Source of the DNA: Myxococcales bacterium
GTDB taxonomy: Bacteria; Desulfobacterota; Binatia; HRBIN30
DNA length: 64,000 nucleotides
Reading direction: 5' to 3'
Assembly: GCA_037445065.1 (NCBI GenBank)
Contig: JBBILD010000003.1
Coordinates: forward strand, 173,190 to 237,189
Shown: one piece after another, positions 27,730-38,832 of the stretch
Numbering within the stretch: the first letter of the stretch is position 1
Layout of the letters: each line of letters starts with the position of its first letter
The notes under the pieces: model-generated
Databases searched by the model: none
Seen by the model: only the letters and a program-made list of their open reading frames with translations
What the model was told of the DNA's origin: nothing
Position numbers and translations under genes: made by a program

Positions 27730-28329
27730 ATGGATGATCGACTTCTGCAGAACACGCTAAGGGAGTGGACGAACGGTTTAAAAGACCGGGAAGCGCGGGT
27801 GCGGGTCTTTGAGCGGGTCCGGGATTTCCCGTACTATTACCCGAGTAGCAGGGACCCCGAGGAGGTGTTGCGAGCAGGTCGTGGCTCGTGTTCCGGGAAA
27901 CATTACCTGTTGGCTGAACTGTTTCGGGGTTTAGGTGTTAGGGTGCGGCATCTCATTTGTACGCATCGTTTCAACGAGTCCCCAATAGGCTTCCCCGAAG
28001 AACTCCAAGCGATGCTTAGAAAGAACGAGATCGTGGACGTTCACGACTACGTCCAAATTCTGATCGACGAAAAATGGATTGATGTGGACGCCACCTGGCC
28101 GAGTGCGCTGCGAGAATACGGGTTTCCGGTAAATGAAGAGTGGGATGGGGTATCACCGATGCTCCTCAGTGTGGTGCCGGAAGAAATCTTGGTGGTCCAG
28201 GGAGATCCGGAGAAGAAAAAAGAGGAGTTGCTTGCACGCCTGACGCCTCGACAGAGGCAGTTGCGCAAGCAGTTTCTGGAGTCGTTAAGCGCGTGGGTGA
28301 ACGAGATTTTGACGGATACCGGCCGCTAG
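27730..28329 (+). CDS. transglutaminase-like (Cys-His-Asp) domain protein
   Basis: GSCSGKH, HDYVQI, WIDVDATW. Confidence 0.75.
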   Translation: MDDRLLQNTLREWTNGLKDREARVRVFERVRDFPYYYPSSRDPEEVLRAGRGSCSGKHYLLAELFRGLGVRVRHLICTHRFNESPIGFPEELQAMLRKNEIVDVHDYVQILIDEKWIDVDATWPSALREYGFPVNEEWDGVSPMLLSVVPEEILVVQGDPEKKKEELLARLTPRQRQLRKQFLESLSAWVNEILTDTGR

Positions 28330-28835
28330 TGCGGTTTGGCCCTGGGGAATTGGTCGCGTGGGTAGACAAACGGGACCGATTGCGTGGCGTCGTTCCCCGT
28401 GAGGAAGTCCGTAGGCAAAATCTTCGGCATCGTTCGGTATATGTCTTCGTCTGGGGGGCAAAAGGCGAGTTGCTCGTCCACCAACGGGCTTGGACGAAAG
28501 ATTTGTATCCAGGGTACTGGGATTTGTGCGTAAGTGGAGTTCCGCGGTGGTACGAGTCGAATGACCAGGCAGCGCAGCGGGAACTTGCTGAGGAGATCGG
28601 TGTCAGCGACGCCGCGATTTTGGCACTATTTTCTTTTTCTTACGAGGATACCAAGAACAAGGTCCTCGGTCACGTATATTGGTGTGAGATTGAGCAGCCA
28701 GTGAGAATCCAAGGGGAAGAAATTCTAGTTATCGAGTCTCTCCGGAGAGACCACGTCGAACGGTGGATCGGCACACGTCAGGTGTGTCCAGATAGCCTCA
28801 CGGCTTGGCGTATTTTGACGGGCCAACTTAAGTAG
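28329..28835 (+). CDS. NUDIX hydrolase (IPP-isomerase-like/YfcD subgroup)
   Basis: LRHRSVYVFV, QRAWTKDLYPGYWD, Nudix box AAQRELAEEIG; GTG overlaps the previous TAG. Confidence 0.85.
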   Translation: MRFGPGELVAWVDKRDRLRGVVPREEVRRQNLRHRSVYVFVWGAKGELLVHQRAWTKDLYPGYWDLCVSGVPRWYESNDQAAQRELAEEIGVSDAAILALFSFSYEDTKNKVLGHVYWCEIEQPVRIQGEEILVIESLRRDHVERWIGTRQVCPDSLTAWRILTGQLK

Positions 28836-28862
28836 GGGCTCAATCTGTGCTTGTGAGATTTC

Positions 28863-29162
28863 TTATTCGTCGGGGTCAAAGTATTCTTTTGCCGGCTTTT
28901 TGGGTGGCTGGGCTTTCTGTGGCTTTGGCATGGAGCGCCAAAACTGTCGCCGCCGTTTTTCCATCTGTTTCACCCACGAAGGCCTGTTTGTGAGGGCCGC
29001 ACCAAGCGTAGTACTTTTGCCGGAGGGCAGTCCCTCATCTAGTTCTTCGCCGCGTTCGTTTTCTTCGAGCCAGGCCACGTGCTCGGCGGCAGATCGGAAC
29101 TTGAGGTTTGAGAACTCGCCGGCGGTCACGAGAAAGAACGAGCAGACCAAGGCGGTGACCAT
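28863..29162 (-). CDS. hypothetical protein
   Basis: Fills the gap between NUDIX and tadA; hydrophobic N-terminus then a charged low-complexity tail. Confidence 0.45.
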   Translation of the reverse strand: MVTALVCSFFLVTAGEFSNLKFRSAAEHVAWLEENERGEELDEGLPSGKSTTLGAALTNRPSWVKQMEKRRRQFWRSMPKPQKAQPPKKPAKEYFDPDE

Positions 29163-29252
29163 CGAGATTTTGAGTAGACTTCAAGCGGGTAGCGTGCAAG
29201 CTTCCGGCAATAGGCAGCAACTCTTCGGGAGCTGGCCTGAGGATCAGGCGCA

Positions 29253-29702
29253 ATGCAACGATGGTTTGATTGGTTCTTCATGAGGGAAGCTTTGCGTCAA
29301 GCAGTTCGCGCGCAGGCAAGCCAAGAAGTCCCGATCGGTGCCGTGGTAGTTTCCGCGGGGAAAGTCTTAGGTGCTGGTTTTAACCGCACGATCAGCGCGA
29401 TAGATTCCACTGCGCACGCTGAGGTTGTGGCGCTCCGTGATGCGGCAACGAGAAGCGGGAACTATCGGTTGGTCGGGTGCGCAATGTATGTGACCGTTGA
29501 GCCTTGTCTCATGTGCTTGGGAGCGCTCCTGAACGCACGGGTCTCCACTTTGGTATTTGGTTGCCGCGAACCTAAAATGGGCGCCTTGAGTAAGTATGGG
29601 ATACGCTTTGGCTCTGGCACGCTGGAGATTATTGAAGGCGTTTGCGCAGAGGAAGCAGAGCAGCTACTAAAAACTTTCTTTGTCGCACGGAGAGGTGCGT
29701 GA
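29253..29702 (+). CDS. tadA: tRNA-specific adenosine deaminase
   Basis: EVPIGAVVV, TAHAEV, EPCLMC. Confidence 0.9.
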   Translation: MQRWFDWFFMREALRQAVRAQASQEVPIGAVVVSAGKVLGAGFNRTISAIDSTAHAEVVALRDAATRSGNYRLVGCAMYVTVEPCLMCLGALLNARVSTLVFGCREPKMGALSKYGIRFGSGTLEIIEGVCAEEAEQLLKTFFVARRGA

Positions 29703-29776
29703 GCCCGGTTGAAACGGCACGACTCGAAATCGTGTGACCCCAAAAGGGTCCGAGGGTTCGAATCCCTCCCTCTCCG
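29689..29776 (+). tRNA. tRNA-Ser(CGA)
   Basis: GGAGAGG/CCTCTCC acceptor stem, CACGA-CTCGAAA-TCGTG anticodon arm, long variable arm, GGTTCGAATCC. Confidence 0.95.
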
Positions 29777-29805
29777 TCTCAGTGCAGCTTCGCGGACTAC
29801 TCCGT

Positions 29806-30234
29806 TCAACGTTGAACGGTTTCGGCTCGAGCGGCCAACGCTTTGTTTTTCCGCGAGCGAATCCGGCGCGGTCGTACTCTAAACGCGCTTCGTACGTTGT
29901 GTCGAACCCTGGGCAACTTTGCGGGCCGCAGCGTCCCTAGCCGCCGCATTGCAAGGAGCGCTTCGCGGGTTGCGGAAGGATCCAGGCCGAGGACTTCGCA
30001 CAGCACAGGGAAGCAAAATGGGTTTGGGGAAGGACGCCCGAATACCCACGCTTCTGCTTCTGCGGCTAGGGTCGGCGAGGTTCCGAGAAAGCAGCGTACA
30101 CCGTCCTCAAAAACGGCTAACATGAGCGCGCGTAATCCTCCATGATGAATCGCCTGTCGGCTTCTTGGCTCGCTGAGCTGGTTTACGCTGCTACGAGCTA
30201 CTTCGGTGTTCGTGAATGAAATTGGATCGCCCAT
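29806..30234 (-). CDS. hypothetical protein with basic C-terminus
   Basis: GGAGG RBS before ATG 30234; helical core LRALMLAVFEDG...EAEAWVF...FPVLCEVLGLDP. Confidence 0.7.
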   Translation of the reverse strand: MGDPISFTNTEVARSSVNQLSEPRSRQAIHHGGLRALMLAVFEDGVRCFLGTSPTLAAEAEAWVFGRPSPNPFCFPVLCEVLGLDPSATREALLAMRRLGTLRPAKLPRVRHNVRSAFRVRPRRIRSRKNKALAARAETVQR

Positions 30235-30289
30235 TCGCCTGTCCTCCCGGATCATTCATTGGCCGTTCCTCACGTCGCCGGGGGCATGA

Positions 30290-30306
30290 AGCCAAGATGG
30301 GGCCAA
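30290..30306 (-). promoter_or_regulatory. possible sigma54 (-24/-12) promoter
   Basis: Minus strand TTGGCCCCATCTTGGCT has GG-N10-GC spacing; the -12 element reads TGGC rather than TTGC. Confidence 0.35.
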
Positions 30307-30361
30307 GCGGTTGATTCTTGGCCGACCTAACCACGGGGCACACGGAGGTGATGGTCCGCTG

Positions 30362-30394
30362 TTGCGATGGTGCAAGCCCTTGCGGTAGTGCAAG
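30362..30394. promoter_or_regulatory. tandem dyad repeat, candidate transcription-factor (UAS) sites
   Basis: TTGCGATGGTGCAAG and TTGCGGTAGTGCAAG, 13/15 identical, 18-bp period, each TTGC-N6-GCAA. Confidence 0.5.
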
Positions 30395-30543
30395 AGTGTG
30401 TCTTTCTTGCCTCGTTTCTCAAGGAAGGGGAGCCCTAGGCTGAGTTTCCGCTCGCAGGGCTCTTATCGCGGGTGCGCTTGCTCAAGAATCAAGGATGGCG
30501 GAGCCGCACTACGAAACCCGTAAACTACGCTGTTGCAGAACGG

Positions 30544-30927
30544 TCAACGTTTCCTGCAACCGGGCCCGTATGACGTGGGAGCATGATGACTTTCAGGAAC
30601 TCCCTCATCCGTCTGCGTCGGCCTTCCACAACCGCCTTGAGAGCAGAGGGCAGATTTTCCGCATGAAGAAACGAGATCATCGACCAGAACGAATCCAAAC
30701 AGGTGAAGCATTGCTTCCGATCCCTGTCGAAGCCGAGCCTGTACGGGTTGGTCGCATTCAATGCATCGCCGTACAAACTCACCCGTCTCGTTTAGGTCGA
30801 CCCAGACCAAGCGGTCTGCCTGACAGACTTGGCACCGACCGAGCAGGTACTCCTTGACTGGCAACTGCAGGGTCACAGTTCGGAACCTTTTTCCAGAAAC
30901 AGCCGTTCGACGTTTAATGAAATTCAT
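30544..30927 (-). CDS. Cys-rich zinc-ribbon-like hypothetical protein
   Basis: CQVC and CIEC pairs plus C-terminal CGKSALCSQGGCG; true start uncertain. Confidence 0.6.
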   Translation of the reverse strand: MNFIKRRTAVSGKRFRTVTLQLPVKEYLLGRCQVCQADRLVWVDLNETGEFVRRCIECDQPVQARLRQGSEAMLHLFGFVLVDDLVSSCGKSALCSQGGCGRPTQTDEGVPESHHAPTSYGPGCRKR

Positions 30928-31192
30928 ATATCAAGCTTGTCGATGCGGGGCAAATCCTGCCTACCTATGGCGAGTGACCGCGAGGAGCGGCGATGATCCG
31001 ACCAGGTTGCCTGAAAGCGCTGCTTGGGCGCACGTGATCATAGCCGTGCCACGAAGTTCAGGTTGCTCGTAAGAACAAGGGCTCTAAAACGCTGGAGGCG
31101 GAATCGCATTCGCGCGTATCAGTTGTCATGACATGCGTTGCGATCGGCTGGGGCAAATTGCTACGTGCTCCAACACAAATGCCGAATGGCGT

Positions 31193-31273
31193 GCGAGAGT
31201 GGCGGAACTGGCAGACGCGCTAGACTTAGGATCTAGTGGGTTTCCCGTGGGGGTTCGACTCCCCCCTCTCGCA
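31193..31273 (+). tRNA. tRNA-Leu(TAG)
   Basis: GCGAGAG/CTCTCGC stem, CTAGA-CTTAGGA-TCTAG anticodon arm, GGTTCGACT. Confidence 0.95.
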
Positions 31274-31348
31274 TAGTTTCCTAGAGACGACAGGTGGCGT
31301 CACGAAGCGACATCTGGAGCGTTGGTTCGGGGACGATCGAGTTGAAGA

Positions 31349-32611
31349 ATGAATGTCAAAACACACTTGCGCACAGAAGATGAGGTTTCATGCGTTCTAG
31401 AGGTCGAGGTTTCGGCCGAAAACGTCAACCAAGCTTGGGATGCTACGATCCGACAGTTGCAACAGAAGGTCGCCCTTCCTGGTTTTCGCCGAGGGCGCGT
31501 TCCGCGATCGGTGCTTGAGCGGCGTTTTGCTGCATCGGTGCGAGACGATGTTAAAGCGCGTCTTGTGGAAGAATCGCTGCCTGTGGCTTTAGCTGAGCAG
31601 GCGAAACAAGTGGCAGCGTGGGAGCTGCTTGAGAACTCTGACGTCACATACGGGGGGCCGTTTCGCTACACGGCACGGCTCGAATTTTGGCCGCGATTCG
31701 GAGAAGTTCGGTGGAGAGGCCTGGTGCTGACGCGCCGGCAGCCATCCATAAGCGAAGAAGATGTTGACCGGCGGCTAGGCCAGTTGCGGGAGAGCCACGG
31801 GGTGCTTGAACCCGCAGCCGAGGATCATGTCATCGAACGAAATGACGTTGTTCTGGTCGAGGTTGAGCCGTCTGGGGGCCGCTCAGGTGGTGCCAATAAG
31901 CAAAGGGTTTTGGTCGACTTAACGTCGCGCGACGAACAGGTCCAAACTCTCGCGCCACTGTTGATTGGACGCCGGAAGGGTGAAGTGGTCCCACTTGATA
32001 GACGAGGAGAAAATGCCGCAGAGAGGGAGATGGTTCTCTGCCACGTGTACCGCAAGGTTCTACCAGACTTAGATGATGAGTTCGCAAGTTCGGTTAGCGG
32101 TGCTTCGACCCTAGCGGAATTGCGGGAGATCTTGCGGAAACAGTTGGAGGAAGAGATGCGGCGCCGCTCTGAGTCGGCGTTGAGAACCTCCGCGATTGAA
32201 GCGCTGATCGCTTTGAACGAGCCAATCATTTTGCCCCCAAGCGTGGTGCAGCAAGAGGCTTACCGCCAGGCGAAACGGGAATTACAGCGTGCCGGGTTAT
32301 CAGCCGATGCTGCCGAGCGCGTGTGGTCCGAGCGTTATGAGGAATTGTTTGGTACCTTTCGAGCGGTGGCGGAGAGGGAGTTGAAAACGGCGTTGTTGCT
32401 TAGTGCGGTTGCTGATCAGGAAGGGGTACAAGTAACGGACGAGGATCTTCAAAAGGAGTTGGAACGCCAGCTCGATGAGATTGAGGACGATCGTTGGGAG
32501 GTTCGAAAGTGGTTAGAGTCCAAGACCCAACGGGATAGCTTGCGCGAAGCACTCCGGAGGCAAAAGGTGGTCGACCTCATACTCCGAGAGGCACAAGTCG
32601 TGGAAGCTTGA
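31349..32611 (+). CDS. tig: trigger factor
   Basis: Ribosome-binding signature [17 protein letters not shown]; canonical position before clpP-clpX-lon. Confidence 0.9.
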   Translation: MNVKTHLRTEDEVSCVLEVEVSAENVNQAWDATIRQLQQKVALPGFRRGRVPRSVLERRFAASVRDDVKARLVEESLPVALAEQAKQVAAWELLENSDVTYGGPFRYTARLEFWPRFGEVRWRGLVLTRRQPSISEEDVDRRLGQLRESHGVLEPAAEDHVIERNDVVLVEVEPSGGRSGGANKQRVLVDLTSRDEQVQTLAPLLIGRRKGEVVPLDRRGENAAEREMVLCHVYRKVLPDLDDEFASSVSGASTLAELREILRKQLEEEMRRRSESALRTSAIEALIALNEPIILPPSVVQQEAYRQAKRELQRAGLSADAAERVWSERYEELFGTFRAVAERELKTALLLSAVADQEGVQVTDEDLQKELERQLDEIEDDRWEVRKWLESKTQRDSLREALRRQKVVDLILREAQVVEA

Positions 32612-32688
32612 ACGGCAAGTTTTCGTTGCCGATGGGTGTTGCAAAGGCTACGATCGCTCCAGAAAAGAACTGCACGAACGGAACGAAG

Positions 32689-33285
32689 ATGACTTTGATA
32701 CCGATCGTCGTCGAGCAAACGGGCCGCGGGGAGCGCGCGTACGACATTTATTCTCGCTTGCTTAAGGACAGGATTGTTTTTCTCGGATCGCCAATCACTG
32801 ACGACGTAGCCAATTTGATCACTGCCCAACTGCTCTTCTTGGAATCTGAGGATCCAGAGCGAGACATCCATTTTTATATCAACTCACCGGGCGGTTCTGT
32901 GACGGCTGGGTTGGCCATTTACGACACGATGCAGTACATTCGGCCCGACGTTTCGACTTTGTGCTTGGGGCAAGCGGCGAGTATGGCAGCCTGGTTGCTG
33001 GCAGCGGGTGCGAAGGGGAAACGTTATGCGCTGCCGCACTCTCGAATCATGATTCACCAGCCGTTGGGTGGGATCCAAGGGGCTGCGGCGGATTTGGATA
33101 TTCAGGCGCGGGAAATCCTGCGTATTCGTGAACAGCTCAATCAGATTCTAGTGAAGCACACTGGGCAAAGTCTCAAGAAGGTGGAAAAGGACACGGATAG
33201 AGATCTCTTCTTGACAGGAAAGCAGGCAGTTGAGTACGGCATCGTTGACGAGGTGATTGAGCGCAGACCAACGAAGCGCGGGTGA
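32689..33285 (+). CDS. clpP: ATP-dependent Clp protease proteolytic subunit
   Basis: [27 protein letters not shown]. Confidence 0.98.
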   Translation: MTLIPIVVEQTGRGERAYDIYSRLLKDRIVFLGSPITDDVANLITAQLLFLESEDPERDIHFYINSPGGSVTAGLAIYDTMQYIRPDVSTLCLGQAASMAAWLLAAGAKGKRYALPHSRIMIHQPLGGIQGAAADLDIQAREILRIREQLNQILVKHTGQSLKKVEKDTDRDLFLTGKQAVEYGIVDEVIERRPTKRG

Positions 33286-33292
33286 GGGAGTC

Positions 33293-34546
33293 ATGGCCAA
33301 GCACGGTGACGATCGCGGCGGCAATTTGGTTTGTTCCTTTTGCGGGAAGAGCCAAGACGAAGTTCGCAAGCTCATTGCGGGGCCGACTGTGTACATCTGC
33401 GATGAGTGTATCGATTTGTGTAACGACATCATTGCGGAAGAGTGCGATCATGAAGAAGGGCTGGCATCAGCTTCGAACGTGCCGAAGCCAGCCGACATAA
33501 AACGCGTTTTGGACCAGTACGTGATTGGTCAAGAGCGTGCAAAGAAAGTTTTGGCTGTGGCCGTTCATAATCATTACAAGCGGATTGACAGCCAGCTGGT
33601 TTCTGGGGACGTGGAGCTTCAGAAGTCCAACATCCTCCTGATTGGACCGACAGGTTCCGGTAAAACGCTCCTCGCGCAGACTTTAGCGCGTTTCCTCCAG
33701 GTGCCGTTCACGATTGCGGACGCGACGAGCCTGACAGAGGCCGGCTACGTCGGCGAGGACGTGGAAAATATCATCCTGAGTTTGTTGCAGAATGCAGATT
33801 ACGACGTCGAGAAAGCACAGCGCGGGATCGTCTACATCGACGAGATCGATAAGATCTCTCGAAAAGGGGATAACCCGTCGATCACGCGTGATGTCTCAGG
33901 TGAGGGAGTGCAGCAAGCACTGCTCAAGATCATTGAAGGCACTACGGCGAGCGTTCCCCCAAAAGGGGGTAGGAAACACCCGCAGCAGGAATTCCTCCAG
34001 GTTGACACCACGAACATCCTGTTCATTTGCGGCGGTGCCTTTGTGGGGCTGGAAGAAATTATCCGGCGCCGAATTGGGATGAAGGGGATGGGCTTCGGTG
34101 CGGATGTGCGAGCCAAGGACGACCGAAGCGTTAGTGAGCTGCTGCATGAGGTGCAAACGGAGGATCTTTTAAAGTTTGGGCTAATTCCGGAGTTTGTTGG
34201 CCGGTTGCCGGTTATCGCGACTTTAGAGGAACTGGGCGAACAGGATCTTGTTCGAATTTTGCGCGAGCCGAAGAACGCGCTGGTGCGCCAGTACCAGAAG
34301 CTGTTCGAAATGGAAGGCGTGCACTTAAAATTTACGGAGGGTGCTCTTACGGCGATTGCTCGCGAGGCATTGAAACGCAAGTCAGGTGCTCGCGGACTGA
34401 GAGCGATTTTGGAAAACACGATGCTCGATATCATGTACGAAATCCCCTCTCAGCCAGCGATCAAAGAAGTGTTAATTAATGAAGAAGTCATCACGAAAGG
34501 TGAGCCACCCATCGTGCTCTACGAGAAGGCAGCGGAGACGGCATAA
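33293..34546 (+). CDS. clpX: ATP-dependent Clp protease ATP-binding subunit
   Basis: CSFCGK...CDEC zinc finger, [25 protein letters not shown]. Confidence 0.98.
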   Translation: MAKHGDDRGGNLVCSFCGKSQDEVRKLIAGPTVYICDECIDLCNDIIAEECDHEEGLASASNVPKPADIKRVLDQYVIGQERAKKVLAVAVHNHYKRIDSQLVSGDVELQKSNILLIGPTGSGKTLLAQTLARFLQVPFTIADATSLTEAGYVGEDVENIILSLLQNADYDVEKAQRGIVYIDEIDKISRKGDNPSITRDVSGEGVQQALLKIIEGTTASVPPKGGRKHPQQEFLQVDTTNILFICGGAFVGLEEIIRRRIGMKGMGFGADVRAKDDRSVSELLHEVQTEDLLKFGLIPEFVGRLPVIATLEELGEQDLVRILREPKNALVRQYQKLFEMEGVHLKFTEGALTAIAREALKRKSGARGLRAILENTMLDIMYEIPSQPAIKEVLINEEVITKGEPPIVLYEKAAETA

Positions 34547-34583
34547 GGCCCTTCGAACGACTCTGTAAGGAAAGATCAAAGCG

Positions 34584-37016
<2,433 letters not shown>

Positions 37017-37025
37017 AGGCTTCAG

Positions 37026-37054
37026 TTGACCGATTCGCGACGCGCTGGTATTCA
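37026..37054 (+). promoter_or_regulatory. sigma70-type promoter for hup/tRNAs
   Basis: TTGACC-17 nt-TATTCA with extended -10 TG. Confidence 0.5.
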
Positions 37055-37078
37055 ACGGAACTTTCCGAATTAAAGGAG

Positions 37079-37357
37079 ATGGCCATGACGAAGGCCGACT
37101 TGATCGAGTCTGTTGCAAGCAAGGTGGATTTGCCGCGAGCGACCGCAGAAAAGGCGGTGAACGTGCTTTTCGATGACATTGCTGCCGCGTTGCGGCAAGG
37201 AGAAAAGGTGAACATATCGGGTTTTGGCACGTTCGCTGTTTCGCAGCGCAAGGCTCGTACTGGACGAAACCCGAAGACAGGAGAAATCATTGAAATTGCT
37301 GCATCCCGCGCGCCGAAGTTTAAGCCAGGGAAGCAGTTGCGGGATTCGTTGAACTGA
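37079..37357 (+). CDS. hup: DNA-binding protein HU
   Basis: MTKADLI, GFGTF, ARTGRNPKTGE, PKFKPGK. Confidence 0.96.
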   Translation: MAMTKADLIESVASKVDLPRATAEKAVNVLFDDIAAALRQGEKVNISGFGTFAVSQRKARTGRNPKTGEIIEIAASRAPKFKPGKQLRDSLN

Positions 37358-37412
37358 GCCTTGTTACGGCCGTTGTTGTGGGTGCCCTTGAGGAGAGCGG
37401 GTGGTTCGTTTG

Positions 37413-37484
37413 GGGCGGTTAGCTCAGCGGGAGAGCATCGGCCTTACAAGCCGGGGGTCATCCGTTCAAATCGGATACCGCCCA
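37413..37484 (+). tRNA. tRNA-Val(TAC)
   Basis: GGGCGGT/ACCGCCC stem, anticodon loop CTTACAA, GTTCAAAT. Confidence 0.95.
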
Positions 37485-37564
37485 CTGGAGCTGTAAGTGT
37501 TTGAGAATAGAGGCGCTCCGCCCACAAATTTGCAGGGTTGTTTCGCAGTGTCGGTATGAGTTTT

Positions 37565-37639
<75 letters not shown>

Positions 37640-37669
37640 TCAAGTTGTTGATCTCTACGAGGTGTGATC

Positions 37670-38128
37670 ATGAGAATGACTCCAATGCCTACCAGGGACC
37701 ATGCTTTGCGGCAGCGGCAATGGTACGTTGTTGATGCCAAGGGCCTGGTCCTCGGGCGAGTAGCAAGCCTGGTAGCTTCCATCTTGCGCGGAAAACATAA
37801 GCCAAACTTTGTGCCGTTCGAGGACGTGGGCGACTTTGTTGTTGTTGTTAATGCCGCACATGTGAGGCTGACCGGTCGGAAGTGGAATACGAAGTGGTAC
37901 ATTCGGCACACTGGTTATCCGGGGGGTGTGCGGGTGAGAACTGCGGCGGAGCAACGGCGTTTGGACGCGGTCGTGTTGCTTAGGAAGGCGATTGTCGGAA
38001 TGTTGCCTAAGAATCGTTTAGGTCGGCGCTTGGCCACGAAAGTCAAGATTTATGCAGGTCAAAGTCACCCCCATGTTGCTCAATGTCCGGTTCGTCTCCC
38101 TGAGACCGAAAGGAAAGGAACAGCTTAG
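37670..38128 (+). CDS. rplM: 50S ribosomal protein L13
   Basis: WYVVDA, LRGKHKP, HTGYPGG, GMLPKNRLGR. Confidence 0.97.
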   Translation: MRMTPMPTRDHALRQRQWYVVDAKGLVLGRVASLVASILRGKHKPNFVPFEDVGDFVVVVNAAHVRLTGRKWNTKWYIRHTGYPGGVRVRTAAEQRRLDAVVLLRKAIVGMLPKNRLGRRLATKVKIYAGQSHPHVAQCPVRLPETERKGTA

Positions 38129-38155
38129 CCTTCGGCTGCCGCGAGGTGAGGACAG

Positions 38156-38542
38156 ATGACCGAGTTTGTTGCCACAGGGAGAAGAAAGACTGCAGTCGCT
38201 CGTGTTTTCCTGCGCCCGGGGACCGGTGAGGTCCTAGTGAACGGGCGTTCCTTGGAGGAATATTTCCCGAGGGAAACGCTTCGGATGATAGTGGGGCAAC
38301 CGTTTGAACTCACTGGTGCCAGGAATGATTTCCGGGTGATCGTTAATGTTTGTGGTGGCGGGATATCGGCTCAGGCGCAAGCGATTCGGCACGGCCTCAC
38401 CCGGGCATTGGTGTTGTGTAACCCCGGTTGGCGTTCGATTCTCAAGCAGGCGGGGTTTATTACCCGGGACCCGCGCGCAGTGGAGCGAAAGAAATACGGG
38501 CGGCATAAAGCTCGCAAGCGCCCGCAGTACTCTAAGCGCTGA
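38156..38542 (+). CDS. rpsI: 30S ribosomal protein S9
   Basis: [23 protein letters not shown]. Confidence 0.98.
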   Translation: MTEFVATGRRKTAVARVFLRPGTGEVLVNGRSLEEYFPRETLRMIVGQPFELTGARNDFRVIVNVCGGGISAQAQAIRHGLTRALVLCNPGWRSILKQAGFITRDPRAVERKKYGRHKARKRPQYSKR

Positions 38543-38832
38543 GCAGGGGTGGAATGTGTGCAGGGCAGCGACGAGCTGATGGCTGGGTAATGTCGACACA
38601 CACGCGCGGTGACTTCCGCAATCTGGGGAGGCGCGGTTCTGTTCGCTTGTCGCTCGTTTGCGGCCTTAGCTGTTGGTAACAAACATCTCCCATCCAGAAA
38701 TTGAGCCTTTTGGTTTGAATCCCGCGGATAGATCGCGAGGCTGGCCGAGGATTGATCAGAGGGCGGTCGCGTTGCCCTAGTAGTTACTGCGGCTCCAATG
38801 GGTAAGGTAGTTCCAGAATCGGCTGGACAGGA

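Noticed and set aside
29091..29099. Second partial adapter match AGATCGGAA
   Set aside because: Only 9 nt, which is expected by chance.
31037..31052. Minus-strand TGGCACG, a perfect sigma54 -24 box, upstream of the Cys-rich gene
   Set aside because: No GC at the required 10-nt spacing (it reads AT).
31124..31133. Perfect palindrome TGTCATGACA upstream of tRNA-Leu
   Set aside because: A single 10-bp palindrome with no second copy seen; insufficient evidence.
29776..31193. tRNA-anchored genomic island
   Set aside because: No duplicated tRNA 3' end and no integrase.
38760..38779. GG-N10-GC with TTGC on the plus strand after rpsI
   Set aside because: It points antisense into the activator 3' end and is better explained as a short hairpin.
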